Of a DNA stretch of 64,000 nt, positions 63,063 through 64,000 are shown piece by piece. The stretch is taken from NCBI GenBank assembly GCA_964106915.2, contig OZ066914.1; one strand, written 5' to 3'. The stretch is from Podarcis gaigeae (Eukaryota). Position numbers and translations under genes: made by a program. A model generated the notes under the pieces. It was not told the origin of the DNA, ran no database searches, and saw only the letters and a list, made by a program, of their open reading frames with translations. Positions within the stretch are counted from its first letter, which is position 1. Every line of letters starts with the position of its first letter.

Positions 63063-63455
63063 CTGTAAAAAAATGATAGGAAAATGTGAGACCCAAGAAT
63101 TATAAAACTGCATTCTGCTGTTTATTTTCTACTTAGTTTGGTCTGGAAGTTAATTTCATAGTTTTCCCCCTGCCCCCTTAAGCATTCATTTACCGTACTA
63201 CTTCTTGTCTGTGATTTCATCTACCACTTTCACACTGAATTGCAAATAGGAACATTCTAATAATTTTCTTGTTCTGGTTTTTGGGATTTATTGTGTATGT
63301 AAAATCCAATTTAAAATATTACTTCAATCAATTAGATTCTCAGCATACTTCATTCTAATGGTATATTATGAGTATATGATAAAGGATGCAATCAGAGCAA
63401 CAAGATTCATTCTAGAATCAACAAGAATAACATCTCAAGGGGTATACAGAGAGTA

Positions 63456-63597
63456 CAGTAGTACCTCCGGTTGCGAACGGGATCAATTCTGGAGGTCCAG
63501 TCGGATCCCAAGGTTTTCGCTACCCGATGAAAAGGTTTGTCGCTTTCACAACCTGAAGTTTATGTTACCGAGAGTAACGTAACTGGAGGTGCTACTG
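63456..63597. mobile_element. Tc1/mariner (pogo/Tigger-like) MITE
   Basis: TA|CAGTAGTACCTCCGGTTGCG...CGTAACTGGAGGTGCTACTG|TA. Confidence 0.85.
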
Positions 63598-63641
63598 TAA
63601 TTGATCATTTCTCTTAGTGTTGTCAAGCTATACATACTTAC

Positions 63642-63786
63642 CATGCCTGACATGTCTTTCTTGAGTCAAATGTTTTTCCTAGTGGATGATAGTTACCCTG
63701 ATCATCATAACAGCCACACACATCAACACACGTCATCTCATCCTCATTGAAATAAGGCCTGTCTGCTGGACAGTGTGGGTAGCAGC
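63642..63786 (-). CDS. MUC5B: MUC5B exon (end of the D3 assembly); the gene continues beyond the window
   Basis: 145 nt, phase 1/2. (G)CYPHCPADRPYFNEDEMTCVDVCGCYDDQGNYHPLGKTFDSRKTCQA(C). Confidence 0.93.
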
Positions 63787-64000
63787 CTGAGACAAAGGAA
63801 GGTGTGAGGGAGATAAGAGCAATATATAAAATCTGTCAAAAAGCAATTCCATTTAATTTACTTTGGGGGGGGGGCAGGTACTTTAATTAATATTTGTCAT
63901 CTGGTCCAGTGCTGGGATCTTTCCACCGATAGCTTTTCCACATGCTTCCAAGTTTCCATGAAAGGAAAAAGGTTGTGGTCATTTGCAGGTGTGTCGAATG

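Overview
This is eukaryotic, intron-rich vertebrate DNA. The repeat content (CR1 and L2 LINE fragments, CAGTGGTACCTC-type Tc1/mariner MITEs, hAT MITEs, tRNA-derived SINEs) suggests a squamate reptile, probably a lizard; that assignment is inference. Two genes face each other tail-to-tail, as in the human 11p15.5 mucin cluster. (1) TOLLIP on the + strand: coding exons 2-6 lie at 9697-23117 with GT-AG boundaries and consistent phases, and I found no exon 1 in the window. (2) A gel-forming mucin, best called MUC5B, on the - strand: 23 coding exons were traced by hand from 63786 to the stop at 32400, and the 5' part lies beyond the window. Its 10,071-nt central exon encodes 12 CysD domains. Ten of these sit in a nearly identical 885-nt (295-aa) CysD+PTS super-repeat that contains a 147-nt sub-repeat. 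I found no wholly new biological system. The observations most worth following up are the homogenised mucin super-repeat and its recombination footprints, the altered GDPH site, an apparently extra mucin exon with a NAGNAG acceptor, a duplicated TOLLIP splice acceptor exactly 400 nt downstream of the real one, and a CpG-rich LTR-like element upstream of TOLLIP exon 2 carrying an Oct-Sox composite motif. Most other short ORFs in the track look spurious.
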